Source of the DNA: Hemiscyllium ocellatum
Lineage: Eukaryota
DNA: 64,000 bases
Reading direction: 5' to 3'
NCBI RefSeq assembly: GCF_020745735.1
Contig: NC_083425.1
Coordinates: 35,451,575-35,515,574 of the forward strand
Of this stretch, positions 23,731 through 36,045 are shown one piece after another; the stretch's first letter is position 1; each line of letters opens with the position of its first letter. The position numbers and the translations under genes are program-made. The notes beneath the pieces were generated by a model. That model had not been told where the DNA came from and ran no database searches. It saw nothing but the letters and a program-made list of their open reading frames with translations.

Positions 23731-25400
23731 AAGCCTAATATACTGCCATTATCACAATCTTAATCTCTTGCTGTGAGCAACCTCCCAGTCTGTGTTCCAC
23801 TTTTCTCCCACCATCCTTTCTGGCCACTAAAGTACTTTCTGTTCAAACGAAGATTCATACGAAACATGAGACATTAATTCTGTTTTTCTCTTCACTGATG
23901 CTGCCAGACCTGCTGAGTTTCTGCAGTACTGTGTTTTTGTCTTTGTTTTCTTTCATCCTTTTCAGTCTGCTCCTATATAAAATGTTACTAATTATTTCTT
24001 TAGTGCTGTCCAACAATCTTACACATTCATGCGTGTTATTTTTTGCTTTACCACATGCTGGTGCTCAATGACTGCACCTCACCCCCACCTCCCTGTTGCT
24101 TCCTTCGCCTATTTAAATCTTCACTAGCCAAATTAGTCCTTCAACCATTGAGAACACTTACCAATCCTGTCAAGGTGCAACATGTCCTTTTTAAATAAAT
24201 ACCTTTTAACCAGAACCTCAAGTATCGGTGACAGATACAAACTAAACATAGGAACCTACACTGAGGAGTAGCAGATGTTACAAGTATGACTTTGTTTAGT
24301 AACAAAGCTTGATCCTCTGTTCCAATTTTTTTTGTATTAGCCTCCAATAATGTCTTAATTTTTTTTTCATTTAGGAATGGTCAGTGAGAAGTGATTTGTT
24401 CACCTAAGCGGTTCTGTTCCAAGTGTGCATGAAAAATAGCTCATTGTATCTATTTTCTCCATAACATGAGAATTTCTGGACAATAACAAGAGTAAGTCAG
24501 GTCATATTGTTAGGACTAGCTACAGCTGGACTAATATTTGCCCACATCCTTTCTCTGGCCAACTTGGCAATTTTGCAGTTACTGCCACCTATCATCAGGA
24601 CATGAGTTGGACTGATTCGTGACTTCACACTAACTACATATCTTGAATGTAAGCAGTAGCCTGCTGCTGAGCTTACCTGAAGAACAAAATACCAAAGGCA
24701 TTCTGGTTGCTGTATTTACCCAGCTGTCAAGGTGGATCATACTGGAACATCTAGAGCTATGTTGTAAAGTTCTTTATAAACACTTTTTTTTTCCCCCAGC
24801 GTGAAGGTCTTTACATATGCTACTTGTCATTTTGGCAGAGTTATCCAGCTGCTGTTTTCTACCTCTTCAAAATCTGCTTTTAAGCTGGATACAGGCAGAA
24901 AAATTCTTCAAACTATGAACTTAGTTTTCAAGCATTAATGTTTTGCACCTTTTGTAGTTCCTTATGAATTTTGGAATATTCGACTGTGGAGGATCTTTCA
25001 GCTGTTTCCTACACACTGAGGGTCCATTGAGAGTATTGGAAAGTCATCCAGGCCTGAAATACTGTCTGCGTTTTTTGTTTTCTTACCCCTTTCTCTGCTT
25101 CAGGTACCCACCACCAATTGGAACACTCCACTTGCAACTTAGAGCTATTGATGAGAAGCAAGCTGGGGTCTCGGTGAAATATTTTATAACTGGATGTGGG
25201 GATACAATTTGTCCACATATAAAATAACAGGAAGCAACAGTGGTTGAAGGGAAGACAATGATCCTTGTCTCTGAACTCTCCATAGTTTGTTCCATTACTG
25301 CAGCACTGCTCTATCTCTCTGTGTCTCTCTTTCCACCTTCCAACCACCACAGAAAAAACCGGAGACGTGTCTGATAAACTCTTTGCCTTTACTTCCATAG

Positions 25401-25468
25401 GGGATTTTGTTCGTATTGGAAACATTCTGGCAACACAGCGCCTGATTCGCTGGCACCCAGGAGCCAAT
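25401..25468 (+). CDS. MRPL27: MRPL27 exon 3
   Basis: (G)DFVRIGNILATQRLIRWHPGAN; 68 nt; ttccatag acceptor, gtaagt donor. Confidence 0.96.
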
Positions 25469-25483
25469 GTAAGTTAGTGCTAT

Positions 25484-26847
25484 ATCTGAGGTAACCCTCT
25501 TCACTGTCCACTAAACCTCCAATTTTGGTGTCATCTGCAAACTTACTAACTGTACCTCTTATGCTCGCATCCAAATCATTTATGTAAATGACAAAAAGTA
25601 GAGGGCTCAGCACCGATCCATGTGGCACTCCACTGGTCACAGGCCTCCAGTCCAAAAAACAACCCTCTACCAGCACCCTCTGTCTTCTACCTTTGAGCCA
25701 GTTCTGTATCCAAATGGCTAGTTCTACCTGTGTTCCATGAGATCTAACCTTGCTAATCAGTCCCCATGGGGAAACTTGTCGAACGCCTTACTGAAGTCCA
25801 TATAGATCACAACTACTGCTCTGTCCTCATCAAGCTTCTTTGTTACTACTTCAAAAAAACTCTATCAAGTTTGTGAGACATGATTTCCCATGCACAAAGC
25901 CACATTGACTATCCCGTATCAGTCCTTGCGTTTCCAAATACATGTACATCCTGTCCCTCAGGATTCCCTCCAACAACTCGCCACTAGCGAGGTCAGGCTC
26001 ACTGGTCTGTAGTTCCCTGGCTTGTCCTTACCACCCTTCTTAAACATGGGCTGAGAAGTGGCAGGTGGAGTTTAATTCAGATAAATGCAAGGTGCTGCAT
26101 TTTGGGAAAGCAAATCTTAGCAGGACTTATACACTTAATGGTAAGGTTCTAGGGAGTGTTGCTGAACAAAGAGATCTTGGAGTGCAGGTTCATAGCTCCT
26201 TGAAAGTGGAGTCACAGGTAGATAGGATAGTGAAGAAGGCGTTTGGAATGTTTTCCTTTATTGGTCAGAGTATTGAGTACAGGAGTTGGGAGGTCATGTT
26301 GCGGCTGTACAGGACATTGGTTAGGCCACTGTTGGAATATTGCGTGCAATTCTGGTCTCCCTCCTATCGGAAGGATGTTGTGAAACTTGTAAGGGTTCAG
26401 AAGAGATTTACAAGAATGTTGCCTGGGTTGGAGGATCTGAGCTACAGGGAGAGGCTGAACAGGCTGGGGCTGTTTTCACTGGAGCATCGGAGGTTGAGGG
26501 GTGACCTTATAGAGGTTTACAAAATTGAGGGGCATGGATAGGATAAATAGGCAAAGTCTTTTCCCTGGGGTTGGGGAGTCCAGAACTAGAGGGCATAGGT
26601 TTAAGGTGAGAGGGGAAAGATATAAAAGAGACCTAAGGGACAACTTTTTTCACACAGAGGGCCAGAGGATGTGGTGGAGGCTGGTACAATTGCAACATTT
26701 TAAGAGACATTTGGATGGGTATATGAATAGGAAAGGTTTGGAGGGATATGGGCCAGGTGCTGGCAGGTGGGACTAGATTGGGTTGGTCGGCATGGACGGG
26801 TTGGACCGAAGGGTCTGTTTCCATGCTGTACATCTCTGACTCTATGA
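25484..26847. mobile_element. CR1 LINE with 5' inversion (25484-26046 minus, 26047-26847 plus)
   Basis: The minus segment runs from FKKGGKDKPGNYRPVS to DSEEGYLR; the plus segment resumes at WAEKWQ.EFN and runs to the tail. Confidence 0.88.
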
Positions 26848-27219
26848 AACTTCAGGATGAACTTAAAGCGAAGGATCAGATCTGTCATTTCTGAAGCATT
26901 TTAATTCACTTTTCATAGAAGTCATAGAATCCCTACAGCACAAAAATGGGCCATTTGGCCCAACAAGTTGACACCGATCCTCCAAAGAGTATCCCACCCA
27001 GACCCATTCTCCTGCTCTATTATTCTACATTTACCCTGACTGATGCACCTAACGTACACGTCCCTGAACACCTTTTTAAGTCGAGTATGTAGTGAACACT
27101 TATCAGAACGGTTACAGGAGAGTCTTGAGTTACAAAGTTAGGTTTGATAATTTGAGATTGTTTGGAGCAAAGTAGATTGAGGGAAAACTTAATAGTTGTG
27201 TCCAAGATTTGAATTTGGC

Positions 27220-27545
27220 TTGTGGTGACACAGTGGTTAGTGCTATTGCTTCAGAACACTGTGGACCAGAGTTTGATTGCAGCCTTGGGTGACTATGTGG
27301 TATTTTGCATGTTCTCCCATGTCTCGGGGTTTCCTCCGGGTGCTCCTGTTTACTCCCACAGCCCAAATATATGCTGTTTGGGTGAATTGTCCATGCTAAA
27401 AAAGCTGACCGTAATGTCCAGGCATGTGCACTTCAGGTGGCTAGCCATGGTTAAAAACCCCATTTGGGGTGTGGGTCTGGATCGAAAGGTCTTTGGAGGA
27501 TCGGTGCAGACGTGATGGGCTAAATGGCCTCTTTTTGCACTTTAG
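27220..27545 (+). mobile_element. HE1-like V-SINE (older)
   Basis: tRNA head, V-domain, tail. Confidence 0.8.
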
Positions 27546-28104
27546 AGAATAATATGGGGTAAACAAAATCTATTCCTTTAGCAGATGGTACAAGGATTAG
27601 TGATCACATTGTTAAGGTTTTGAGAAAGAGATATAGGGTTATTGTGAGGAAGAACCTTTTTAATACAGCAAGTGATGAGACCCGAGTCATTATCTATATG
27701 GGTCATGGAACCAGACTTGGTAAAAGGGAAAGCAGATAGGCACTTGAAGGAAATAAACTTGCAGGACCTGGAGGAAATAAGACTGACCAGATTACTAGGT
27801 AAGAGAATACAAGGAATTAATGAGCCAAATCGCATCCCTTGTTGCAGTAATTATTTTGTTTTCAGATCTTTCCAGAAACCAGATTTTTATTTGCCATTTT
27901 TCTGACTTTTTGTCTGGTGCAATCTTGAAAGCCGTCATTGTTAATGGGTTGGGAATCAAGGCGGTAGAGATATTTAACAATTGGAATGCTATGTGGGATA
28001 CTATTAACTCAAGTTAGAAGGAATTGCCCAGGAATGACCTGGAATGTGTGTGAAATTACTTAAATTGGAAACTAACAAGAGAAGAACACTCAGGATCACC
28101 TTTA

Positions 28105-28232
28105 GTGGGCAAGGGCTTTTGCCCAAAATGTCAATTCTCCTGCTTCTCAGATGCTGCCTGACTTGCTGTGCTTTTCCAGCACCACTCTAATCTTGACTCT
28201 AATCTCCAGCATCTGCAGTACCCACTTCCGCC
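28105..28232 (+). mobile_element. Neptune-type PLE pseudo-LTR fragment
   Basis: AAGGGCTTTTGCCCAAAATGTC...GATGCTGCCTGAC...CCAGCATCTGCAGT. Confidence 0.75.
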
Positions 28233-28639
28233 AACCAAGAATCCGTTCATAGCATTAACAAGTAAAGTTGTCTGGATGCTGTATTAAAAGACCATGAGCT
28301 TGGTGAAACAGAATGTTGATATTAGTGCAATGGTAATGTTACCAGAGTATTAATCCAGAAGTCTAGACTGATGTTTTATAGACATGAGTTCAAATCTCAC
28401 CAAAGCAGGCAGAAGAATTTGAATTCAAATAATAAATTTGGATTATAATGCTAATCTCAGTAATGATGATTATGAAATGACCAAATTGTATAAAAAAAAA
28501 AGCGAATTAGTTCAAGAATGTCCTTTTTTTTAAAAGAAGAAATTTGCCATTTTGACCCAATCTGGCCTGCATTTCAATGATTCTTAAGTGCCCTCTGAAA
28601 AGGCTTACAAAGCCACTCAGTTAAATCAAACCAGACTTG

Positions 28640-28850
28640 GGTGACTGCCTGTGTGGGGTTTGCACAGTCTCCCTGTGTTTACATGGGTTTCCTGTGGGTG
28701 CTACAGGTTTCCCACAATCTTAGGTGGATTGGCCATGCTAAATGAGATTATGGGGATTGGGGGTCTGGGTGGAATGCTTTTTGCAGGGTTGGTGCAAACA
28801 TGGTGGGCTAAATGGCCTCTTTCCCCACTGCAGGGATTCTGTGATTCGCT
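28640..28850 (+). mobile_element. V-SINE fragment
   Basis: Decayed V-domain and tail. Confidence 0.7.
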
Positions 28851-29639
28851 ACAGAAAAATTAATGAAGAAAGCCTGTCTCCTGTCCACCTGGCTTTGACA
28901 TTTGTCCAGTCGACTTCATCTGGATTTGTGTGCCAAAATTAGAAGAGCTGTCGCACAGACTAGTCAAATAACTGCCTAACAGAATCATACTCAGTGGATC
29001 ATAACATCCAGATACTTCCATGACCATCCCTTGATATTTACCTGATCCATCATCTCAGCAGACCCAGCAGAGACCACAGTATAGTGGTATGTGTTTGGAA
29101 GGGAAAGACCCTTAAGTCAACAATCGTTTCATTACTCAGTCAAACCTCATTGCTGAAATACAACCACGGAAACCTTCTAATTACTTCTACTTTCTGTCCT
29201 CCCTCAGCTGATGATTCAGTACTCTACCATCTTAAAAACCATCATGGAGAGCTGAATGTAGCAGTACTGTACATCAACAACAATATGGAAAACTGCCTAG
29301 ATATTATCTCCTGTCCACCCAGTTGAGAACTAATCTAATCAGCAATGTGATGTAACATGTTGCTGACAAAGCTACTACTGAATATTAACCTGTTCTCCAA
29401 TGCTTAATTTGATTCCTTCCACGACCACTCAGCTCCACATCTCATTTCCACCTTGGTATAATCATATACAAAAGAACTTAACCCTTGACATCATGGCACC
29501 AACAATTGAATTTTTTTTTAAAGGGCTGCTAATATGAAGAGTGAGTAGCAGCTAACAGAGTGAGAGTACTAACTGAAAGAATATGCCTGAACCATCAGGT
29601 CACAGGGCTAATGTAGAACTTGAATAAGAATTGAGAGTT

Positions 29640-30140
29640 AGTTCTACTATGGACAGTGTAGCTCCCACAATCATTTAAAGGTGGAATGAGTCCCTCTTCA
29701 ATGTTCTTGTGCTAGATTATGGGGCTGAAAGAAGTCAACTCTGATCCCCCATTACTAGTTTCAAAGGAAAAGAATTATAGATTTCTTCCTGTTTTTGCAA
29801 TCTGCTTTGAGTAGTTTGGACTGTTTTGGGGATAGATCTGCTTAAGGTCTTGTTTCAATGATGAACTAAAGGACTGCTGCACAGTCAGAGGTGCAGTCTT
29901 TTGTACAGGACGTTAAACTGATTCTCTGCCAGGCAGACCTAAGCAGACCTACGGCATTCTTCAGAGAAGTGCAACGTGGTTTTGGAGTCCCCTAACAAAT
30001 ATTTAACTCTTAAAGAGCAACAATGAAAAGATAATCTTGTCATTTTTACAACAGGAACTTGGGTGTGTTGATAGGTTTGTTGCATTGAATGCTCTTTTTG
30101 AATTTCAAATGTAATTGGTCATTAAGTGTTTTTTTTTGAC
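29640..30140 (+). mobile_element. Ancient DeuSINE (SacSINE1/AmnSINE1-like) remnant
   Basis: TGCTGCACAGTCAGAGGTGCAGTCTTT..GACGTTAAAC resembles the Deu domain. Confidence 0.55.
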
Positions 30141-30278
30141 ATTCTGCAGACATGAAATGTTGTTAGACTTGCAGTGCTTACTTGAAATATACTTTTGACG
30201 TTCTGCAGAGATGAAATATGTTGTTATACGTTCAGTTCCCTCACACATGAATATTTATGTGAACTATTTTTATTGCAG

Positions 30279-30485
30279 GTAGCAATTGGTCGGAATAACA
30301 CTCTCGTCGCTCTTGAAGATGGTATTGTCCGTTATACGAAGGAGATCTATGTACCACCACCCCGCAGCTTAGAGACCATGAAAGTGATCTCTCGCCTTCC
30401 AAAGGGGGCACTCCTTTACAAGACATTTATCAATGTGGTCCCAAACAAGCAGGAAGGTTGTTTTAAACTGGTGGAAATGCTTTGA
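30279..30485 (+). CDS. MRPL27: MRPL27 exon 4 (terminal coding exon; spliced CDS 444 nt, 147 aa)
   Basis: [26 protein letters not shown]...[27 protein letters not shown]. Confidence 0.97.
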   Translation, partial: VAIGRNNTLVALEDGIVRYTKEIYVPPPRSLETMKVISRLPKGALLYKTFINVVPNKQEGCFKLVEML

Positions 30486-32611
30486 TTCTGTGGAGCGATT
30501 TTTCTGTGCATAACACATCAAGGGATGGGGCAAATGAATGACAATGGATCTATTCTGTTAAGCTCCAAACAGCAGCTTCATTTGAATTCTATGAATTTCA
30601 TGATAGACCCAAGGCACCCCCCTGAATTTACACTGGCTCCACATGGTAATATTGAATGATTAACCTTGATGTTGTAACATTTAGTTTCTTGAAACTGCTG
30701 GCATTCTTTGCAAGGTGGTACAGGGCAGTGGGCGTTGTATTTTTTTTGTTTTCGTTATGAGTTCTATTCATGTCCTGAACCATTTTTGTGTGATGCTCTT
30801 ATAATTTGAGTTGAATTGGTTTGTGTTTGTGTTATCTGAAAAGCCATTGGAGAATATACCAGCACACAATGTCTGTACATTAGTAGAGATGTTATCAGCT
30901 TGTCTGTAAAGTACATATTGTTTTGCTAGTTTTCAGATTTAGTAAAGTAATAACTTAGCTAGGGTACAGATCCACTGGTAGTTGATATCCTATAGTGTAG
31001 GTCTAAGATCATCACTCTTCATTTGTGAACCTGCCAATGAGGATGTTATGGAATCTTACCATTCAAACCATCCTGCTTATGCTGGGTCTTTGAAAGAGTG
31101 TTACAATTAGTTGTACTCTCTGCTCTTCCCCCATATTCTTGCAAATGCTCCTGTTATTTAATCAATCAGTGGGTTATTTGACCTTGCTAAGAGCAGATAC
31201 ACAAACCACCCCTCACTTAACATAAGCTCACCTTTTGGCCTGGTGGCATCAAAGTTTATCTTGGTCAGAATTTCCACTCCAATTTAACTTGGCACCTTCT
31301 GCTCTTCACATAACTATTTCTTGTTCTCCAAATATAGGTGTTATAGTCTTTACTCAAAGAGTGAAATTGTATTTTATTCTATTTTTCATTCTATTCTTTT
31401 GCCTGATCTTCTCACCTGAAGGCAGATTTATGTTGAATTGCAGACATGTTAGCAAGTTTTGTTTGCCTCATTACAATGTCCTTCACCAGTGAACCCAGCC
31501 TAGGTCTGGTAAGCTCTTCAATCTTGGATAGAGTTCAGTCTCTCGCTCTCCCCACTCTTGTAACTGTTTCCATAAGTAGTCTGTCAATTTCCACAGTAAA
31601 AACTGCATCTTGATGAAAGGAGCAAACGTAGTCACATTTAGAGTCGAATGACTCCTGTATGGGGAAAATTGCATCAGCTACCCACCATATGCTTCTGCTT
31701 TTTTTCCAAAAGGCATTCAAGACCATTGCAGACAAACCATATGTTTGGTCTGAAACTTGAGAGTTGGGCATTTGTAATTCATAGAAAAATAACTTGTACA
31801 AAATGTTGTGTGAACTATGTGTAAATTGTTGTAAAACAAAGTCTGTGATCCTCCTCACGTAGTCAATATACACTGCATTTTGACTCTTTGCTGTTATGAT
31901 CACCCTTGGTGATTGGTGCCATGCTCTGACCTGTACTCCTTCAGAGTATTGTTACTCCCAGCAGTCTCCTATGCTGAGTATTGATTTGAGAAAGGCATAT
32001 ATTCTCAGGCGACTTGGTGTGGAGTTTGCACGTTCTCCCCGTGGCTGTGTGGGTTTCCTCCCACAATCCAAAAATGTGCAAGTTAAGTGAAGTTAGAAAT
32101 AATTAAAAACAAAAAAGGCTGGAAATCATTGTGGAGGATGGAAATGCATTGGAATAATCAAGCTTAGAGGTGACAAAGTTGGATAAGGATTTCAATGGTA
32201 GAGGGGCTGCTATGTTGAACAAGTAGAAGCAGGCCTTAGGTGATTGGAGGCTTAGAATTCATTTGAGTATCAAATAGAATGCCAAGGATCAACACAGGTT
32301 GTTTCAGTTTGAGTAAGACTGTAATCAGTGCTTGAAGAAGCGTTGCATTAATAAGGAGCAGGCAGTGCAGATTTGTTAGATACAAACCATACTCAACTAT
32401 TTCAGTTGAATTCTTTGAGATCAAGAGAGATGATTGATGAAGGCAGTATAGTAGATGAAGCATATATTCACTTCAAAAACTCCTTTCAAAAATTACATCC
32501 TTGGTCCTAAGAGGACAGTGATAACTTAAGAACAAAGTAGACTAAGAGGAAGAATGTAGTTGTAAATGGATGTTATGTCTGCAGGAGAGTGGATGATGCA
32601 AGGTTAGTATA

Positions 32612-32823
32612 GGAGAAAGTGAGGACTGCAGATGCTGGAGATCAGAGCTGAAAATGTGTCGCTGGAAAAGCACAGCAGGTCAGGTAGCATCCAAGGAGTA
32701 GGAGAATCGACGTTTCGGTCATGAGCCCTTCCCGAAGAAGAGCTCATGCCCGAAACGTTAATTCTCCTACTCCTTGGATGCTGCCTGACCTGCTGCGCTT
32801 TTCCAGCAACACACTTTCAGCTC
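32612..32823. mobile_element. Short palindromic PLE pseudo-LTR element
   Basis: Inverted arms of about 85 bp (32645-32730 and 32731-32823) meeting at hammerhead-derived sequence; about 33-nt extension on the left. Confidence 0.8.
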
Positions 32824-33169
32824 GATTATGTTAATTTTTCAATTTCTGTTCTATATTATTATAAAAACAATTAACTGTGGATGTTGGGAATCTGAAATAA
32901 AAACTGAGAAAAATGCTAGAGAAACTCAGTCTGCCAGCATCTGTGGTGAGAAAAACAGAGTTAACATTTTGAGTTGGATACAACTTTATCAGAACACAAT
33001 TGTCATCTATAGAAAAGAATTCCAAATCTCTCCAACGTTAGACTGAAACAGCCCCTCCACTCTGACCCCACCCCTATTCAATCTCTCAAAAATCTATCTT
33101 TTAAACGACATTCTAGACCTAGACTCCCCAAACAGCAGAGTAAATGCTGTCTCCATCCAGCATGAGCAC

Positions 33170-33650
33170 TAGTTCTTTACTCCACCCAAAATCAGTGACT
33201 AGTTGTATGTTGCACCCAGTATCAAGTGCCAAATGCATTCACCACATGTTACGGTCAGTTATTTATTCCAGTCAATGATCAGGACCTGTTATGTATTCCA
33301 CCCAGTATCTGTACCAGTTAATATCAAATATTTGCTAATAGACCTTATCTAATGTCAGTCAGTGGTTATATACCCAAGCCACTATCAGCAACCAGTAACA
33401 TACTCCATCTAACATCAGCAATCAGATATTTACTTCACTCAGTATCAGTACCAGTTACCTTTTCCAATCAGTATTAGCTACTCGTTATGTATCCTACTCA
33501 GTATATACTGATGATTAGACTTGCTGCTTAAAATTGGCTGCTGGTTATATGCTGTCTAATCTCCATTGCCAGTTATTTCTACCACCCAACTTCCATGATC
33601 GATCATATATTCCACCCAGTATCAGTGCCAGGTATATAGTCCACCCAATT
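33170..33650. repeat. Degenerate ~29-30 bp minisatellite
   Basis: Recurring TTAT.TATTCCACCCAGTATCAGT.CCAG units. Confidence 0.65.
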
Positions 33651-33926
33651 TTCTTCTCCATTTGTTAGAGGTTATTGTAAGTGTGTTTGTTATTATAATT
33701 TAATCCTGAAATCAATCCCATTATCAAATGTCAGGTGTCACATATTAAGCATGCAATTATTAATTGTATGGTTAACAATATATAAGACAAATTTGAGTTG
33801 TAAATGGAAGTTCTAACATACAGTTCAAGCTCAGTGATCAAACCTTAATTTAAATCTAAACTATCTATTTCAAAAACTCAATTATACTTTTATCTCACTT
33901 CATGAAATAAGACAATTTACAAACAA

Positions 33927-34501
33927 TCATAGAGATATACAGCATGGAAACAGACCCTTCAATTCAACTTGTGCAGGGTAGCCAGATATCCTAAATAAAT
34001 CTAGTCCCGTGCCAGCATTTGGCCCATATCCATCTAAAGCCTTCCTATTCATATACCCATCCAGATGCTTTTTAAATCTTGCAATTGTACCAGCTTCTAG
34101 CACTTCTGGCAGCTGATTCCATACATGCACCACCCATTGCATGAGATGGTTGCCCCTTGGGTCCCTTTTAAATCTTTTCCCTCTCACCTTAAACCTATGC
34201 CCTCTACATTTGGACCCCCACCCCCAAACACCTGGGAAAAATCATGCCTACTTACCCTATCCATGCCCCTCATGAGTTTATAAACCTCTACTAAATCATC
34301 CATCAACCTCTGAAGCTCCAGGGAAAATGGTCCCAGTCAACTCAGCCTTTCCCTACGACTCGAACCCTCCAACCCTGGTAACATGCTTGTAAATCTTTTC
34401 TGAACTGTTTCAAGTTTCACAACATCCTTCCTATAGCACTGAGACCAAAATTGCACACCGTACTGGCCGACCAATGTCCTATACAGCTACAACATGACCT
34501 C
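33927..34501 (-). mobile_element. CR1 3' fragment
   Basis: RGKRFKRDPRGN...FKKHLDGYMNRK on the minus strand. Confidence 0.9.
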
Positions 34502-35072
34502 ATGAGACGTGCTGATGTCTCTTCCTCCAGAAAGTGCACAGAGTCCTGCGCTCAGCAGCCCAAAGGAAGAAGATGGCTCATAACATTATCTCAATACAAC
34601 ATCCTGAGGATCAACAAACCCCTCCAAACCAGACAGCATGGTTCCCCCAGACACCCACGCCCTCCTCCACTGAGGCCTCAGATGACAGCACATGGGAGAG
34701 TCTTGACCAACTGCTATCTCCAGATCAGCTGTCAAAGCTCCTGGAGTCCCCAGAAAAGAAGAAAATATGTATTAATTGCTAATTTTATTTTTCTCTCCTT
34801 CCAAAGAGAAATGAACACAGAGAATACATCTGCCTGTCATTTGTGCCAAACGTTTTCCTTCCAATATTTTATATTAATTTTTCTCATTAAGCCAATGATT
34901 ACCACTTTAGAATTGGTTTATGTTTGTCAGCATTGAGTTTTTACAATTTAAGAATCATCCTTTGCTATATTAATCATCACTCTTGTTACATTTGATTCTA
35001 AATGTGTACTGTTTCATGTCAATCGCCTTCTTCTCAAAAAAGAACAATGATTACCCTCTGCACAAATTGCTA

Positions 35073-35111
35073 TCAATTGATGAATGTTCTCTGCAATGTC
35101 TCCTGCAGTAC
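35073..35111 (-). CDS. Candidate terminal coding exon of the HEATR9-like gene (VLQETLQRTFIN*)
   Basis: Phase-0 acceptor gttaag with a weak pyrimidine tract; minus-strand AATAAA near 34785; inference only. Confidence 0.3.
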   Translation of the reverse strand, partial: VLQETLQRTFIN

Positions 35112-36045
35112 CTTAACAGCAATGATCAGTTTACATCTCAAGCTCATTTAAGATCAGTCTAAATTGATTTATGTTCTCCCATTGAACAGGAAACGGCTAA
35201 ATGCCTTATCACTGCAATAAAGTAGTCACCATAGTCTCAGATGACCATAGGACTGCTCTGTCATTGGAGAGCAATGACTGATGGTGGTTTTAACTTGAGG
35301 GTGACCACATCATGGTGATGGGGAGAAGTTGAGACGAAAACTCCTTCATAGTCACCTCAGCTGGTGCAGAAATTGAACTCACACTGTTGGTATACTTTGC
35401 ATCATAAACCAATTGTTCAGACAAACAAAATGGAATAAGAAGCCATTCAGCTCCACAATATTGTTGCACCATTCACTAAGATCATGGATGATCTATAATT
35501 TAACTCCAGCTGGTGGTGTTCACATAACTCTTAGTATCCTTGCCTGGAAAACAACTGGTCAATCTCTTGTTTTAAGATTTTCATTTCAACAGTTATTGGA
35601 CAAATGGATCTGATGTGTATCCTCGATCTGATGTGTATCCTTGTCCTGATGTGTTCAAAACATGAATAAAACAATTAAGGGATAGTCATTACAGAGGCTT
35701 AGCTACAAAGAGATCAAAGCTGGGAACTAAATATTCAGCATGTGTGACACTTCGACAGGACAGGCAAGAAGGAAAGGGTAGTTGGATGGCATGGTTGGTA
35801 CAGGGATGAAACAAATTCAATACAAAGAAAGTAGTCTTGAATAGGAAGAAATGGAATCCATATGAATGGAGGGAAGAAATAAAAAGAAGGCAGCATTGAT
35901 GCTGGTAATCAATAGACCCTCAACAGTAGCTATATGTAAAACAGATAATAAACCAGGAAAGAATGAGGGCATGAAACAAAAGCAGCTGGCTGGATGGCTG
36001 TTTTGCAATGCCAACTGCATGAGTTCAATTCCTGTGCTAGCTGAG

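Noticed and set aside
30486-31200. MRPL27 poly(A) signal
   Set aside because: No canonical AATAAA seen; only AGTAAA at about 30941, which is too weak to call
33170-33650. CRISPR-like periodic repeat
   Set aside because: Eukaryotic context, contiguous degenerate units, no unique spacers and no cas genes
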